Notes under the pieces: model-generated
Told to the model about the DNA's origin: nothing
Seen by the model: the letters and a program-made list of their open reading frames with translations, nothing else
Database searches by the model: none
Translations under genes and position numbers: made by a program
Shown: positions 27,791 through 41,600 of the stretch, piece by piece
Position numbering within the stretch: position 1 is the first letter of the stretch
Layout of the letters: every line of letters begins with the position of its first letter
From: Hormiphora californensis
Lineage: Eukaryota; Animalia; Ctenophora
Assembly (NCBI GenBank): GCA_020137815.1
Contig: CM035354.1
Coordinates: forward strand, 6,820,001 to 6,884,000
Length of the DNA stretch: 64,000 bases
Reading direction: 5' to 3'

Positions 27791-30700
27791 ATCCTCACGA
27801 GAAGCTGGTGGCGTTCGAAACTCTTCAAAAACTGGCGAGTACGACCTCTACTTGGACGACGATATTCGCCCAGAGGATGCCATTGATGAACAGCTCCCTA
27901 ACATTCCTAGGGAGCGCCAGAAAAAACCAACGAAGCGTCTTCCATCCTATGAGCCCCGACAGATTCTTTCCTATGGGTTCAGGTTAGATGGTCCACCAAA
28001 AGAGGAGCAGGCGGTTGGTTTCCTGCTACTCCCCGATGGAACACTGGCCCCTGTCCCCATTGCACCCCATATGTTCCTCCAGAAACCCAAAACTCCCGAG
28101 GAGCTCAGGATTGAGGAAAATGAGCCGGAGCAGGTTGAAAAGAACGGTCCCCACACCCCAGAACCTGAGTTAGAGGATGGGGAAGTGATCGAAAAAGAGG
28201 AACCGGTGAATGAAAAACCGTTCAACATCCTGGAGGATGGTTATGCTACAGATGAAGCGAAGGGAAGTGGTTCCGAGTCACCCCATTCACCTCAACAACC
28301 ACCCTCTCCAGGTATCCAGGTTTCCGATGAAGATCCAGATACAGTTGCTACCAGGAACGTGTCCAAGTGGCAGGTTGATGACCTGGACGGTGAGGCATTT
28401 GATGATGAGGAAGATGTTGACACTAAAACGACTACTGGTGCAATGACAGGTTTGGCGGCGTTCCTGAACAACTTTTCCGATGAAAATGAAGACGAAAATA
28501 ACATCCCCAAACCTCCCCCGCCACAACACCCTGGGTTTATCATTGACGATTCTGAGAAACCAGCCTTCCTCAGCAGGCCCAGTTTGGAACGGCCACCATT
28601 CGCCGAGGACGGTACGAAGCCTTCTGATATTTACGATCCGGAAGAGGCAGAGAGGGAGGATGATGAGGCTGAGGAAGGTCAGCTGGAGGATGACGAGGGA
28701 GAGATTGTCGATGATGTTGATGGTTATGAGGTTCAGGATGAGTATGAGGAGGGAGAACCGTATGAAGAGGAGCAGCAACTGCCACCCTTTGATGAAGGAT
28801 ACTATCCCGATCATGATCAAAGACCCGCTTACCCGGTAAAACGGGTCTACCGTCGGCCACCTTACCCTGAACGACGGTTATCCCAAGGTGATGGATATCG
28901 GGGGCATTATGATCGACATCCATCTGATGAGGGCTACCCGCCCTATGGTGCTCCACCTCCCCGTGATTTCCCTCCTCGACGATCGTACCCGCGACCTCGG
29001 TACTCTGAGGAGTACCCGCCACCCGAATTCCACCCTCCTCCCCGGGAACGGTATCCACCCCGTTATAGTGATGGTTTTCACCAACCTAGGGCTCCAGCTC
29101 CTCACTATAAACATCAGGTACATTCCTATCATGAGCCTGAGCCGCGGCCTCCTTTTAGCTCGGAAAGACCTCCTTTTGGTGATCCGGAAAGACCCCCCTT
29201 CGACGATGACGGCAGACCTGCACAGAACCATTTTTTATGGCAAGGCCCCCGTTTCGCCCAGATCGGAATTCTTGGCAGCGGGGGTATCACTGAGCTCCTG
29301 GAAGTTCTCTGTGTCTACCAGTGGGCATTTGGCCTGGCTTTCGTTGCATCTCTCCATCAACTCCGGGCGAGGCTTAAACTTGGTGGACTTGATTTCAAGG
29401 TAAAGTCCGTTTATCCCAGTTTATCCCCTTCCAATGAACCGATTCTTGTTTACATGATGAATAACGGTCGAGTCCGGCCATCTGTCGTCCCTCCTGTCCT
29501 GCGCCAACCTGGACCAGGGGGCAGGCCAGTATACTTCAGGGAATCAACGAACGTGCCTGTGCAGCACTACCGTAGCGCCTCAAATACCCCAACTGCAACC
29601 CCTGCAACCTATGGGCCCCCTCAAACATCAGGACGCCCTACAGATCCGAGATCGGTTAACTTCCGCTCAGTGTCCTCTGAACCACCTCCTCCTCGTCAGC
29701 AACCACCACCCTCCCAATACTATCCCCCAATGTCGGTTATACATCAGGCTACCATGCCTCAACCAACCCCAACTCCACAACCAACCCGAAATCCTCAACA
29801 CCTAATGGCCCATTCCCCACATAAGATTAAGCCAGGGTACGCTCAACCCACTCCCCAGACCTACCCTCCTCAGCAGTATGCTGAAGCTTACCCGCCAAGT
29901 ACCGAGACAGCTGTCTTTGCCCCCGCTGTTCAGCAGTACAGTTCTGTGCCTTCCTCTCATCCACAACACCAACAGCAATCATCTCGAGCCCGGAAGAGGT
30001 CACGAACTAACAGCATGGACCGGAGTGGGTCCCTACCTCCCACGGAGTTTAGTGACCTACCACCGGCCAAGATCAGTAATTACAAGACAATGGCCGATGA
30101 ACCTCCCCCTAAACGCAAGGAACCGCCTGTTGGGATGAATGCTCCAAATTTTAAACCATTTGATTTTGCCGAGCTTGAGGACCAATTGAGGTTTAAGCCA
30201 ATAGCAGAGACTTCGGTTGTAAAGGCTGCGAATGCTTCCATCTTCAAATACCTCCAAGCAACTAGTGCCACTACCACCATTGACAATATTCTGGAGGGTT
30301 ATGACATGGAAACTGATAGGGATAGTGACGACGAAGGGAGGTCTATTCTACAGAGAGTTTTTGGTGGAGAGAGCCGTCTTCCACCATCATATTCAGACGA
30401 TGATTCCCGTCCTCAACAAGCCCCACCCCCTGCAAAACAGCAGAAGAAACTCACCAAAAAGAAGGGAGAGGAGAAAACTCCTGCAGCAGTGGCCTACGGG
30501 CCACCAGTACCCACGCCAGCTCGAACTATTCCACATTTCAATCAGGTTGTGGCACCTCCTGTTGGACTACCGGAACCATCCAAACCAGTCATTCCACAGT
30601 TCTCTCAGATTCGGGGAGGCACCCCAGGATTCAGTCCAGCAATTCCCCACTTCTCCCAAGTCCAACCCGTTCCACAGACCCGCCCTATTCATCGCCCACC

Positions 30701-31961
30701 CTCAGCTCCGGTGAAACCAGTTATTCCCCATTTTTCCCAAGTCGTCCCTTCTGCTGCTCCACCAGTTAGTAGCAAGCCTACCCCTGATCCAAAGGCGGAA
30801 GAAGATATCAAGAATAATATCTTAGCGAAGATTGCCGAGCTGAAAAAGCAAAACGAAAAGGAAAAGGAAGCATGGAAGACCGTTAAGGATCAGCAATCGG
30901 TTGAGCAAGCGCATCGGGTGTTAGCTAACCAGAAACAGAAGTTGGCAGCGAAAAATGCAAACCCTTCAGCTGTTTACCCCCAAACTACTCCAGACATTTA
31001 CCCTCCTGGAGCAGCGCCTCCTGTGATCCCTATCGCTGATTCGATTGCAGCGGACATCCCTGCACAGGCCATGCCCTTGGTTTTGGAGACAGCTAATGCG
31101 ATGATGGCTAGAATGCCCCGACCATCCTATCCGGTGCGACCCCCGATGTACCCACCCATCCCGCCTCCCTTCCACCACCATAGCCAATCCTTCCCCCATC
31201 CAGGTGGCCATCAACAGTACTTTAACCCTGGTCCCAGGCAACCCTTTCATCCTCATCAGCCCATGATGGGTCAAAACCTCCGAACACCTTTCAACCAGGG
31301 GGCTCATGTACCGGGTATGCCACCCGCTCCTAGTGGTCAACCAGCCCAAGTAAGGCCCTATCCGACAAACACAATGCCATACGTACCACCGCCCAAGAAC
31401 CAGCCCGTCATATCAGCTGCTCCAACTGTTGTGACAAACTCAGCAGGCAAAGTTCACAGTCTGGTACTGAATTCTGGTGCTAATTCTCGGGCTATTGCCG
31501 TGGGGAAAATGCCGGGTGCTACCAAAACAGCGGTCCCTAAGAAAGCCTCTGTTCCAATTGACAAAGATAAAATGGAGAAAGCGGCGTCGGTAATCAAAAA
31601 AATCGAAGAAGATATGAACTCGGGGCCCAAGTTGTTGTTTAGGACTAAATCTCGATTTGATGTTCCACCAAAAGACGTTGAAACTCAGAAAACTGCCGTC
31701 AAGGAATTGGCAGCACGAATAAATGACCAAGTTAGTAAACTGTCTAAAGGTCAAATTGGTTCCAGCACGACAAACAAACCATCAGAATCAGTGAATGAAA
31801 AAGTTGAGCCTAATCCGCCGCCACAAAAGGTTATAGAACCTTCAGAAAAGAAGACAATCGATGACGGGGTTGATGCGTTGGGCGAACAACTTGATTATGA
31901 CGATATTGATAATTTAGTTGATCACAAAACTGCCGATCTTGAGTTGGATCTGGACTTTTAA
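27791..31961 (+). CDS. 4.2-kb coding exon for an acidic/Pro-rich low-complexity protein; probable alternative terminal exon B of the RPRD-like gene
   Basis: ttttcag acceptor at 27790, open frame 27792-31961, no ATG near its start. Phase 2 matches the donor at 19437. Confidence 0.7.
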
Positions 31962-33421
31962 CTTATTTAATATGATGTTGTCCCACTTGTCACAAACCTC
32001 TCTCTCTCGCCTTATATGAGTTGTTTATGTTGCTAAATTTTTATTCGGAACTCTTTATTTTACACAAATGTTCAAACGACCGTTTCGTTTCTGAGTCCGC
32101 AAGTGAGTGATAAAGTAAGGTGTGTGAGTGTGTGACGCGCAAGTCTCTTGGGCCATGAAAAAGTACACCATTCACAGCATTGCAATATGCGCGCTCTATC
32201 CTTTCTCCAATAAACCCCTCCCTCTCTCTCTGTAGAATGTATTGGATGTACAACACACGGACAGACCGGGACATTGTTGGATGGCTGGGTCTGACGGTTG
32301 GGACACCTCGCCCTTTCTTCCGACAGGTTGGTTGTGGGACAGTTTGTGTTATTTAGGGTAAATTTGAGGGATGTTTTCTACGATACCGATTACCAGACTT
32401 CTAATTCTTTATTCTGCCAGGTCTGTGATTGATAACTGAACATGACTTGAAAAAGAACATGGCTTGATTAAGCGAATTTCTACGGATATCTTACTGCAAC
32501 GGGAATTATCAACTGGCTCACCCCGTATCTCTCTAAGGTGAGCATACAATCAACCCCCGAAACCCCTCATGTTTATATTTCTGTCCCTCAACTAACCATC
32601 ATCCCAATTCGTAGGAGATTGAAAAAGTAACGGAAAGTTAGTTACAAGCTGAGTGCACGGAAGAAACTTGTTTAAAGGATCCCGATTGTTAACAGAGAGT
32701 TTTGCGATGGACTGTAGTAGAGACTGAACGGCAAATGAACAATACAGCCTGTCTGTTTGTTTGTGTGTGTGTGTGTGTGTGTCTGTTTCTTTGTTATTGT
32801 GTTTCTATTTAGTTCACCATCCCTCTTTAACGGGATGGACCCATATATCCGACTCAATTAATCAACAACCCGACATCTTGGCTTTCCACGCTGAACACAC
32901 GCCCCTATTAATTTCTTATTTGAAGCTGATTCGGAATCAGCTTCAAACAGGAAATTAGTGATTCCCTGCCACCAGGAGACTGCCAGTTTTGTCTGGCATT
33001 TGAAGACAAATCAACCGGTTAAATCGTGTGTCAGCAGTTTTACAGCCAAGATGTCGTCTTGTATATTTCGGCAACACATTTCATCAAGTCAAGTCAAATG
33101 TACAAACATACACACAAATCAATTTACCATACACACCAGTCTTCCATACTCTTCAATAAATATTGTTAAACTTACAAAAACCATTTCGCACAAACAGTGT
33201 TACAGTACATAACGACAGATATCAAGAGAGTCCTGCTCTCTGAGTTTATCTCACTCAATTCTCCAATCTCGGGAATTTAACGGCCGACGGTTTTCGGAAA
33301 CCTTCCCCGTAGGCATCTCTCACCCCTGATAAATCTTCGCGGCTGGATCTTCTGTAGAGCCCTTATTTTATCTTCGGTTCAATTCTGGCGCTTTGTTACC
33401 AGAAATATCGATCGATTTCCT

Positions 33422-36400
33422 TTACTTCTTTTTGAAGAACCCGCTAACTTTCGATCCAAAAGCAGTTCCTGTCCGGGATTGGGCGCCCCTGAAACGTGGT
33501 AGATGTCAGGAGAGATTAGGGGATGGGGCAGTAGGGGGAAGGGACAGTAGGTAATCAGGGCCACTGCCACACCACACAAAATATTGATTAGATATAATTG
33601 AACTTGACTTAGAGTATTCACATCAGATACAGGTTGAATTATTAAACAGATCAAGTACAACACCATTCTACTATTGGAAATGACACGAATATCTTACTTT
33701 CCATCTCCCTCTTCGTCCCTAGACAAAAGTAGTCAGACACCAAAGCTAGCTGTTTTTATTACACGGCCTTGTGTCCGGTGATGGCCGGACATTGAATAAT
33801 AGAATCTCATAATTCATCTAAAACTCACCCTCCCGTTTTAGCGATGATCTCCTTGAGCATGAGGTCCACAGTTTGTTGTTTCTCCGGGATAACCTCATGT
33901 GCATCAACTAGAAGAGCCTGGAGCCCTGGTACTATGTAGTGCTCTATTGTATCGGGGGTCAGGTCTGTGGTGTTAAATTAAGGAAATACAACAATTTCTC
34001 TCTCACCCCTTACTCAACTAAGATTAACAAAGCACCATTCTGATTAGATAGTAGGGGACACTTGACAGTGTGGGGTGCTGCAGTACAATCTTGGTAACGA
34101 AGTTACCCATCCCTTGCCAGCGCACGGAGGCCTGGATGATTATTTCTTAACCAAAGTACACTCAGTGTGTAATAATCCTGGTGTATGTAATGAGCAATAA
34201 AAGGATACAGCTACATAGGATGGCTTTATAAGCATTAATTAGCCTCTCTGTTATGTCCCTCCGTTTCGTCTTGTTCGTGATGGCCGAGTTACTGACACCT
34301 ATCGTTGCTAGCCGTGGTATTAAAACTGAAAAAAAGGGCAGTTCTATAGTTAGTACATAAGTTTACTAGAAATTCTATTAATAGAAGCAATATAACTGTC
34401 AAGAATATTCTGTCTGGCGCCGCGGACCCCATCTGAGCGTACTGTCGCTCATTTGAGAATCAAATCGGGCTCTGGCCCCGCCAGACAGAGAACATTCATG
34501 TCTGTAATCTAAATAAGTTAGTAGCTAGAAATATAATTGCTGCTGTCAAGAAAACTGAGCCCTGACATCTAAATAACTTGTCTGGCTCAAAGTCACGAAG
34601 CGTCGGCCACTATGAAAATTGAAAAACCCGCAAAGATTCAGTCCCGTTGTACATATGTCATCTAGATACTATAGTATAAAGAAACAGAACTTACAGTCCC
34701 GTTGTATGTCTGGGCTACAGAGAGGTAAGACCATAGTGAAGCTCTCAATCAGGGTACACATCATCGGGTGGACATCAGATGATACCGCCTCCGATATAAA
34801 CTTGTCCATCTGCTCTCGAACCCCACCCACCGATCCTGGGAATACATAGTGGTCAGGCTTGGGTTAGATATATATGTCGTGTCTGGGGGGCGCTGACCCG
34901 ATCTGATAATCTAAACGGGGCGGGTATGGCCAGACAGTGTTTTGTTAGAATCCCGAATACACGAAAAGGGGTGTTTGTCAGGTTTTTAATGGGCAATAGG
35001 ATTAGGACACATAAAGTTAGTCCTGTGTCTAAAATACTCTGACATGATCATTCATTCTCCCTGCTCACACTCTCCCTGCACATTGAAACTCACTGCACAA
35101 TATCTTGGATTTTGAAACAAGCTCATCATACACTGTAACAAATTATTGAGTCAACAATTAGTAACAAATCAATCATTGTTTGAGTCATTCGTTGTTTGAG
35201 TCATTGTTTGAGTCATACCCTCTAAGTCGAGTGGCACCCGGCCCAGTTGGTGGGCTAGACAAAAGCTGATGTTGCTAATAGAAATGTGGAGCTTGTTAAC
35301 CAAAAGTTAATTCCCCCGAACTTACCCGAACATCTTTGTAGCATGACAGCAAAAGCAGGTACTGTGGATGTCTGTACAAAGACATCGGGGTCGTTAGCGA
35401 GGTGTGTTAGGATGGGTAACACATGAGTTACAACCCCGTTCGGTTCTGCATTATCACACAGACCCTGAGGGAGATATATTACTGCAATGGGGGGGGGGAG
35501 TTGAGAATACCTCACGACCCACACGAGGAGGGCTGGGGTGAGAACTATACCCCACACGAGGATATTTCAGAGATATCTCTCTCGCCGCTACTTAAAATGT
35601 TCGTGGGAGGCGGCTCCAAAGGAACGGGGTCAATTAACAACTAAAACCACCCCATGTACTGACGACACCATTACCAATCATATATCATTCCTCTCTCCGT
35701 CGCATTACCGCACTCAGTTTTTAGTTTGATCAAGGTTCTCATATATGACACTTCATTAATGAGCTGATGCTAAATTTAGGGGGTAGTACCGCCGAGTGAC
35801 AGGTATAGAGAGGTCCCTCGAGACAGATCCCTCCTAATGGCATTTCCAAATAATTGCCTTGACATTCGGAGTGCCTGGCCCTTTCCATAATTCTGTTCCC
35901 GGCAGCTGTATGTGCTTACCCGTTTTAATGCTTATTTTTCCATCTTATATATCCTCTAATGTTCTCCTTAGTTCTAGCAGATTTAAACACGTAAAAGAGA
36001 GTATGAGCGAGTATGTTAGTAACATGTTAGTAACACATTAGTAACACATTAGTAACACGTTAGTAACATGCTAGTTACCTTGGCGATTGCAGCAATTGTT
36101 CCCTTCATATGGGGGTTGGTTGCCTCTCTCAGTGCCGTACTTAGCACGTCAACCAGCACGTGCAGTGTAGAGCGCATCTGACTGGAAATGACATGTTGAG
36201 AAACAGGGTGTGTATGTGCAGTTAGGTGTGGAATGTGAGCCATAAAAAACATTACATCGTATCGGATAGGTTGATTGAGAACTGTTATGACATAGTACTG
36301 GTTGAATCTCTAGACCATTCTAGAGATATTTACCTGAGCTCAGCGAATGTCTCGGTGAGAGGTTGAATATCAAGGAACTGAGATGAGTATCGCTGTAGTG

Positions 36401-37959
36401 TCGTAGCTAGGAGGTCTCTCAGCTCCGTTTTATCCTCCTCAGACACTGCCAGAATGCCCGTACAGAGAACCCTCTGGACCCTTGGGTCGTCTTCTGCCGC
36501 CAGAGCGGGTTTTATAAGGTATTGAATCAGGGGTCGACCTGTAGTGGAGAAAGGGGATGCTCAGTTGGTTTATATGAGTAGAAGTCTGTGGAAATTATTT
36601 GACATTTTTAGGTGTATCTATACTTTACAACAATTATTGATGGTCCCTGTCCCGGATAGTGCTCTACTCACGGTTGCGAGGAGCTATTTACAAGTAAAAC
36701 AAGGAAGTTTTAGTTCAACAGTTGAACTAAAACTTCCTTTACTTGTTTTACTTGTACTTTACAACAATAAAAGTGTACCTGTGATGTTTAGAAGGTGTTG
36801 CAGGAGCCCAGATATTCCCTTTAGAGCATGGTTATCATGTGCATCCTTTAGAGCGGTCACCAGGAGCGGCACCGCCGTCCCCTTCACCCACTCACACTGG
36901 TCACTGAGCGGTCCCTGTACTAAACTTGTATTTAATGCCGACACAGCATTCTTAAAGTCGGATACAGGTACACCTAGTATAACACAGGGGTTCAACAGAT
37001 CAAGATGACTATTTGGAGGCGTCTTCCCATCCTCCTCCCCTTTCTTTACTGTCTGCTGTTGGTGTTTCTGCTCCAATGTGGGTCGGAGAAGAGATGTAAA
37101 TAGAAAGACATTGCAGGAAGTCAGTGTTTGGATGTAAGTTGAGCACTGCCGGGTATTATTTGTTTTGATAAAGGAGCACACCCCTGAAAGGAGGGTGAAA
37201 TAGAGTTTCGACAGGAATTGGTCTCCTAACCAGACAGACAGACAGGGCAGGTAGAACTGTAGTGCCGTCTCTTGAACCTTAGTACTGGAATCAGATAACA
37301 CGGACATCAGAATCGAAACAAGCTGAAATTGAAATCAGTTAGATATATCAGGGTGCCTCTAATGGGGGTCTTAAAATTTTAAGTAAGAGATAATTATTTA
37401 CGAAGTATCGTTACCTCGTCTGTTTTATCGAGGTTGTGTATTCGTGTTGTGAGAAGAGCAATATTCCGTACCCCACTCTCCCGAACACTCTCATCTTTGT
37501 CAGCCAACACTTGTTTTAAGATGGATAGCACCAGCGATGAACAAACGTCACTCTGGGAGAGAGAAAGAGCTGAGTGAGTGAGAGAGGGTGGGAGGGAAAG
37601 AGAGCTCATAGAGAGAGTTAGAGGGTGAGCTGAGAGAGAGGGAGATACTAGATAGAGCTGAGAGAGCGCGAGTTGAAAGATAGATAGATAGAGTGAGAGG
37701 GAGGTTTGGAGAAATATAGAGAAGGTAATAATCAAGCAATCACTCGACCTGTCGTGCGTGTCCGGGTGTACAATATTTGCGACTGAAGTACACAAATCAA
37801 TGTATACTCGCGCGCAGCATCTAACACTTCTTGCATCGCGCGTTACTGCGTTTCAAAGGGCAAGGGAAATATGTACTGCCGCGGCTATCTCGAAGTCGAA
37901 TGACGAATATGGCAGTAATACTAATTGTATGGGGGGGGGGGCAGAACGGTAGAGAAAAA

Positions 37960-38031
<72 letters not shown>

Positions 38032-38525
38032 CAGATATGTAAAATTGGAGAGAGTGCATACCGAAAGGTGTGCAGAGAGGGTGCCGCACGTCTCTGAAAC
38101 CAGAATTCTTCTTTCTACAAACTTGTCCGAAATCTGCAAAATAAAGGTTTTCAAAGGTTATACCAGATAATCTTGATGAGGATAAAGGTGGTGATATTAT
38201 ACCTACGATACTTTGTAGACACGAATTATGGAATTAAACCCGAATTTGTTTTTAGTTACTGAGTTACGGCTTCGTCAGAACTAGACATCTTAATCTTGAT
38301 CTTGATTATAATCTTGATTCGTAGAAATTTCAAATTAAAATGGTTGTCAAAAAATTTCGATTGCCTTACTCGACCCTCTCTCTAATTTTGTAGAAGAAGA
38401 GTAATAAAATTTCAAAATATCGATAGGTTAAACGTCGGATAGTATCGAGATTCCTGGAAAGTATGAACCTCGTGATCAAGAGTATAAGCTTATCATGGAA
38501 CTTATCAGTATCTGATTGTGTCGTT

Positions 38526-38620
<95 letters not shown>

Positions 38621-41600
38621 GAAGTAGTAAGATAGTTCACTTGATATGACCATATATGGTGCGAAATATATATATTCGACTATAACTTGTCACATTGCTT
38701 GATATCAACCATTCAGATATCGTTCCTTATTTCTCTCGCTCATCGCTCATCTAGTTAACCATCTTGTTCTGAAAATTCGTTCCTGACTACTTCTACTTCT
38801 CATCTCTCCCCTTGAACTGTTTACTGGTCGTACTGTCTCGGCGAATGATTTAAATCCCCCTCGACCTGTCACTTTTCTTCAGTTTTCATTTCCTCTCCTA
38901 TTGTGGACGTGAGAGGGATGAAGAGAGAAATAACAGCTAGTTGTTTAAACTATTTAAATGATTTTTACCCCACATAATGAATATAACGCTATAATTCTCT
39001 CTTGTGGTCCACTTAGCTTACTATGTTGAGCAGGCTAGTGTTACCCCATAAGGCAATGTTCCAAATAAAATTACAATGCTGAGGGGGGGGGGGGGGTGCA
39101 ACTAAATTTGAGGGCTCCATTTGCAGCCCCCCTAAGTACTAAGTAGCTGTTGCGAAAATGAAAATATATGTGGGGGATGGTGTAATCTTTTAAAGGCATA
39201 AACGCTCTCTGCAACGATTTCTTCTGCCTCTTTAAGGCTTTTAGATTTGCTCCTGGTTTTGTGACCGGTCTTTCCCCCTCTCTTCAATGCCCCTTATTTT
39301 AGCATTTTGTATTTGTGGAGCGGTTTTCCCTTGTTGTTGCACCATCTTCCCATGTGAGACCTGAGGAGGGGGAGGAGCGACTGACACCATTATCGAAAAC
39401 AACATATATTTATTAAAGTTTAAAGTAGGTACGTCATAGGTTGTGCGTAACTATGACGTCAGTAGCTTTAGATATATGTAATTTTCAATGATGCAAGTGA
39501 GTGGGAGGATGAGATGGTGATTGGTGAGTGGTGACAGAGGGGAGAGAGGGAGAGGGAGAAGGATAGAAAGCTAAGATAGAGAGAGAGAGAAATAAGAGAA
39601 AAGAGAGAGATAGAGAAAGGGAGAGAGTGGTATAAAGGTTTGCCAGGAAACCAATTTGTTCTTTCATTTCTTCACTCTCCTGGGGGTGTCTATCCCCATC
39701 TCTCTTCTTTTGACTCTTTCAACAAATCATTCTCCCTTTTTCTCACTCTCTATCATATCAATGCACATAGCTTCCATTTTTCAATTTCATTAAACCCCCT
39801 TTTACATCCGTTCTCAATGGGAGTGCTACTGTTCACTACCCAATAGTTCAATTCACTCTTGATTGATAACTACCCCTCTATTCGAGTCACGTGACCTTGT
39901 TTCGAGTTACCTATTGTTGAACGACATTGTTTGTCAACCTGTTTATCAACTCTTTCTCAATTGTTTGGTGCTCTCTCTATCGACAATAAACGAACCTTTC
40001 GCCCCAATCATAAACCGCAGTCTTGACGCGTTTATTCTTAGAACGTTCTAGAATAAGATTGTTAGTTCCAAGGAAGCATCAATTTCTTCTATAAAATTCT
40101 TTTGGTGAGCTGCATTAGATTAGTTCATATTTGATAGTTATATTTTGAACTGTATAAATATGTTGCCCTTAGTTGTCTCCCATTTGACAAGTCCGACACT
40201 AAACTGATGATTGATAATCTTCTAAGAGTGCCGGGTTAGACTATCGCGACTTGCGTTAATCCCAGTGCGAATCGTTGTTCAAGGTGTTATCAATGTGAAA
40301 TCCGGTCGAAAAAAGTGCTATAATTTTTTACAGTTACTGTAACAAGTATGTTAAAGTTTGAGCCATAATTTTAGGCACCTAGCCCAAGATTCATTTTTAT
40401 GACCAAAATGAACATCACCATTCATTCGAATTAGAATAATTAATTGGTCCAGAATTGAGTTAAATGTTAATGTGATGTGGTCGACACTTGTGAATGCTCG
40501 TGAAATGGCATATATGCTTGATATCTTGATCTATAACTTTAATATTTTTAGCTACCCACACATGGACACTACATTTCCACCGCCCAATGTGACAACTACC
40601 AGTATACATGGTAGTGAGGCAGGGGAAGATCATGGACTTGGTTCGAGGGATTATTTGAACGAAACTGACTGGCTCATCCATGGTTGGATCACAGCAGATG
40701 ACATAGCCCCTGGGAATATTGTTCTAGGACTACTAGCCATGGCGTGCTTTATGGTAGGCACCTCGGGGAACCTAATCGCACTCACATACTACCTGCGGCA
40801 CCCTCGGAAACGGCTAAGTACCCATCTGTACAGTGCAATCTGTGCAATTGATTGCGCAATATGCTTCCTATCCTTCTCCATTGGTCTCTCAGGGATTACT
40901 AATAACTCCAGTATACTCTACAATAACAGAGTGTACTGCACCCTGTGGACTATTTCATGGTTCACCCTTGATAGACTAATGATCTTTGTGCTGGTCACCT
41001 TCAGCGTCACACGAACCCTCTCCCTCTGTTGCCCATTTTTCCAGCTCAGAACACGTTCCGTCCTCATCCCAATATTCATCTATCTCATCATCTGTTTTGT
41101 GGAATCCCTCATGCCCGTGATTGCAGGGGTAGGCTTCCACCACACACCCTACCACTCAGCAACTTGTAACTTCCGACTCTCTGACGTGTTCCCATTTGGT
41201 TCCCTCTCCTATACCTTCTTCACGGGTATATTTGTGGTGATCCAGTATGACCTACCAGTAGGGGTAATGATCACTAGTAACATTATGGCGGCCCTGGAGC
41301 TGCGAAACAGATCTCACCGAGACCTCCAACCCACCCTGCGGAACAGTAAAGAGAGCGCCTGTTGGACCATTAGTCAGGACCACTATTGGTGCGCGGTCGT
41401 GCCCACGGAAGGAGTGCTTGGATCATCTTGAAACCGGTTTTAAGTTAACTAATGCATATCCAAAAGTGTCTGTAGCTATTTGGGTGATGTTCTGACAATC
41501 CAATCACGAGTTATGACCAAAAAACAGTCAAAAAGACGTTTTAAAGTGACAAAAAGGAGGACCTGAACACAGCCCTTATATGAAGGGTTGGGGCTATGAA

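Noticed and set aside
32421-32537. AG/GT-bounded plus-strand segment after the RPRD-like gene
   Set aside because: Stops in all three frames; at most a non-coding exon.
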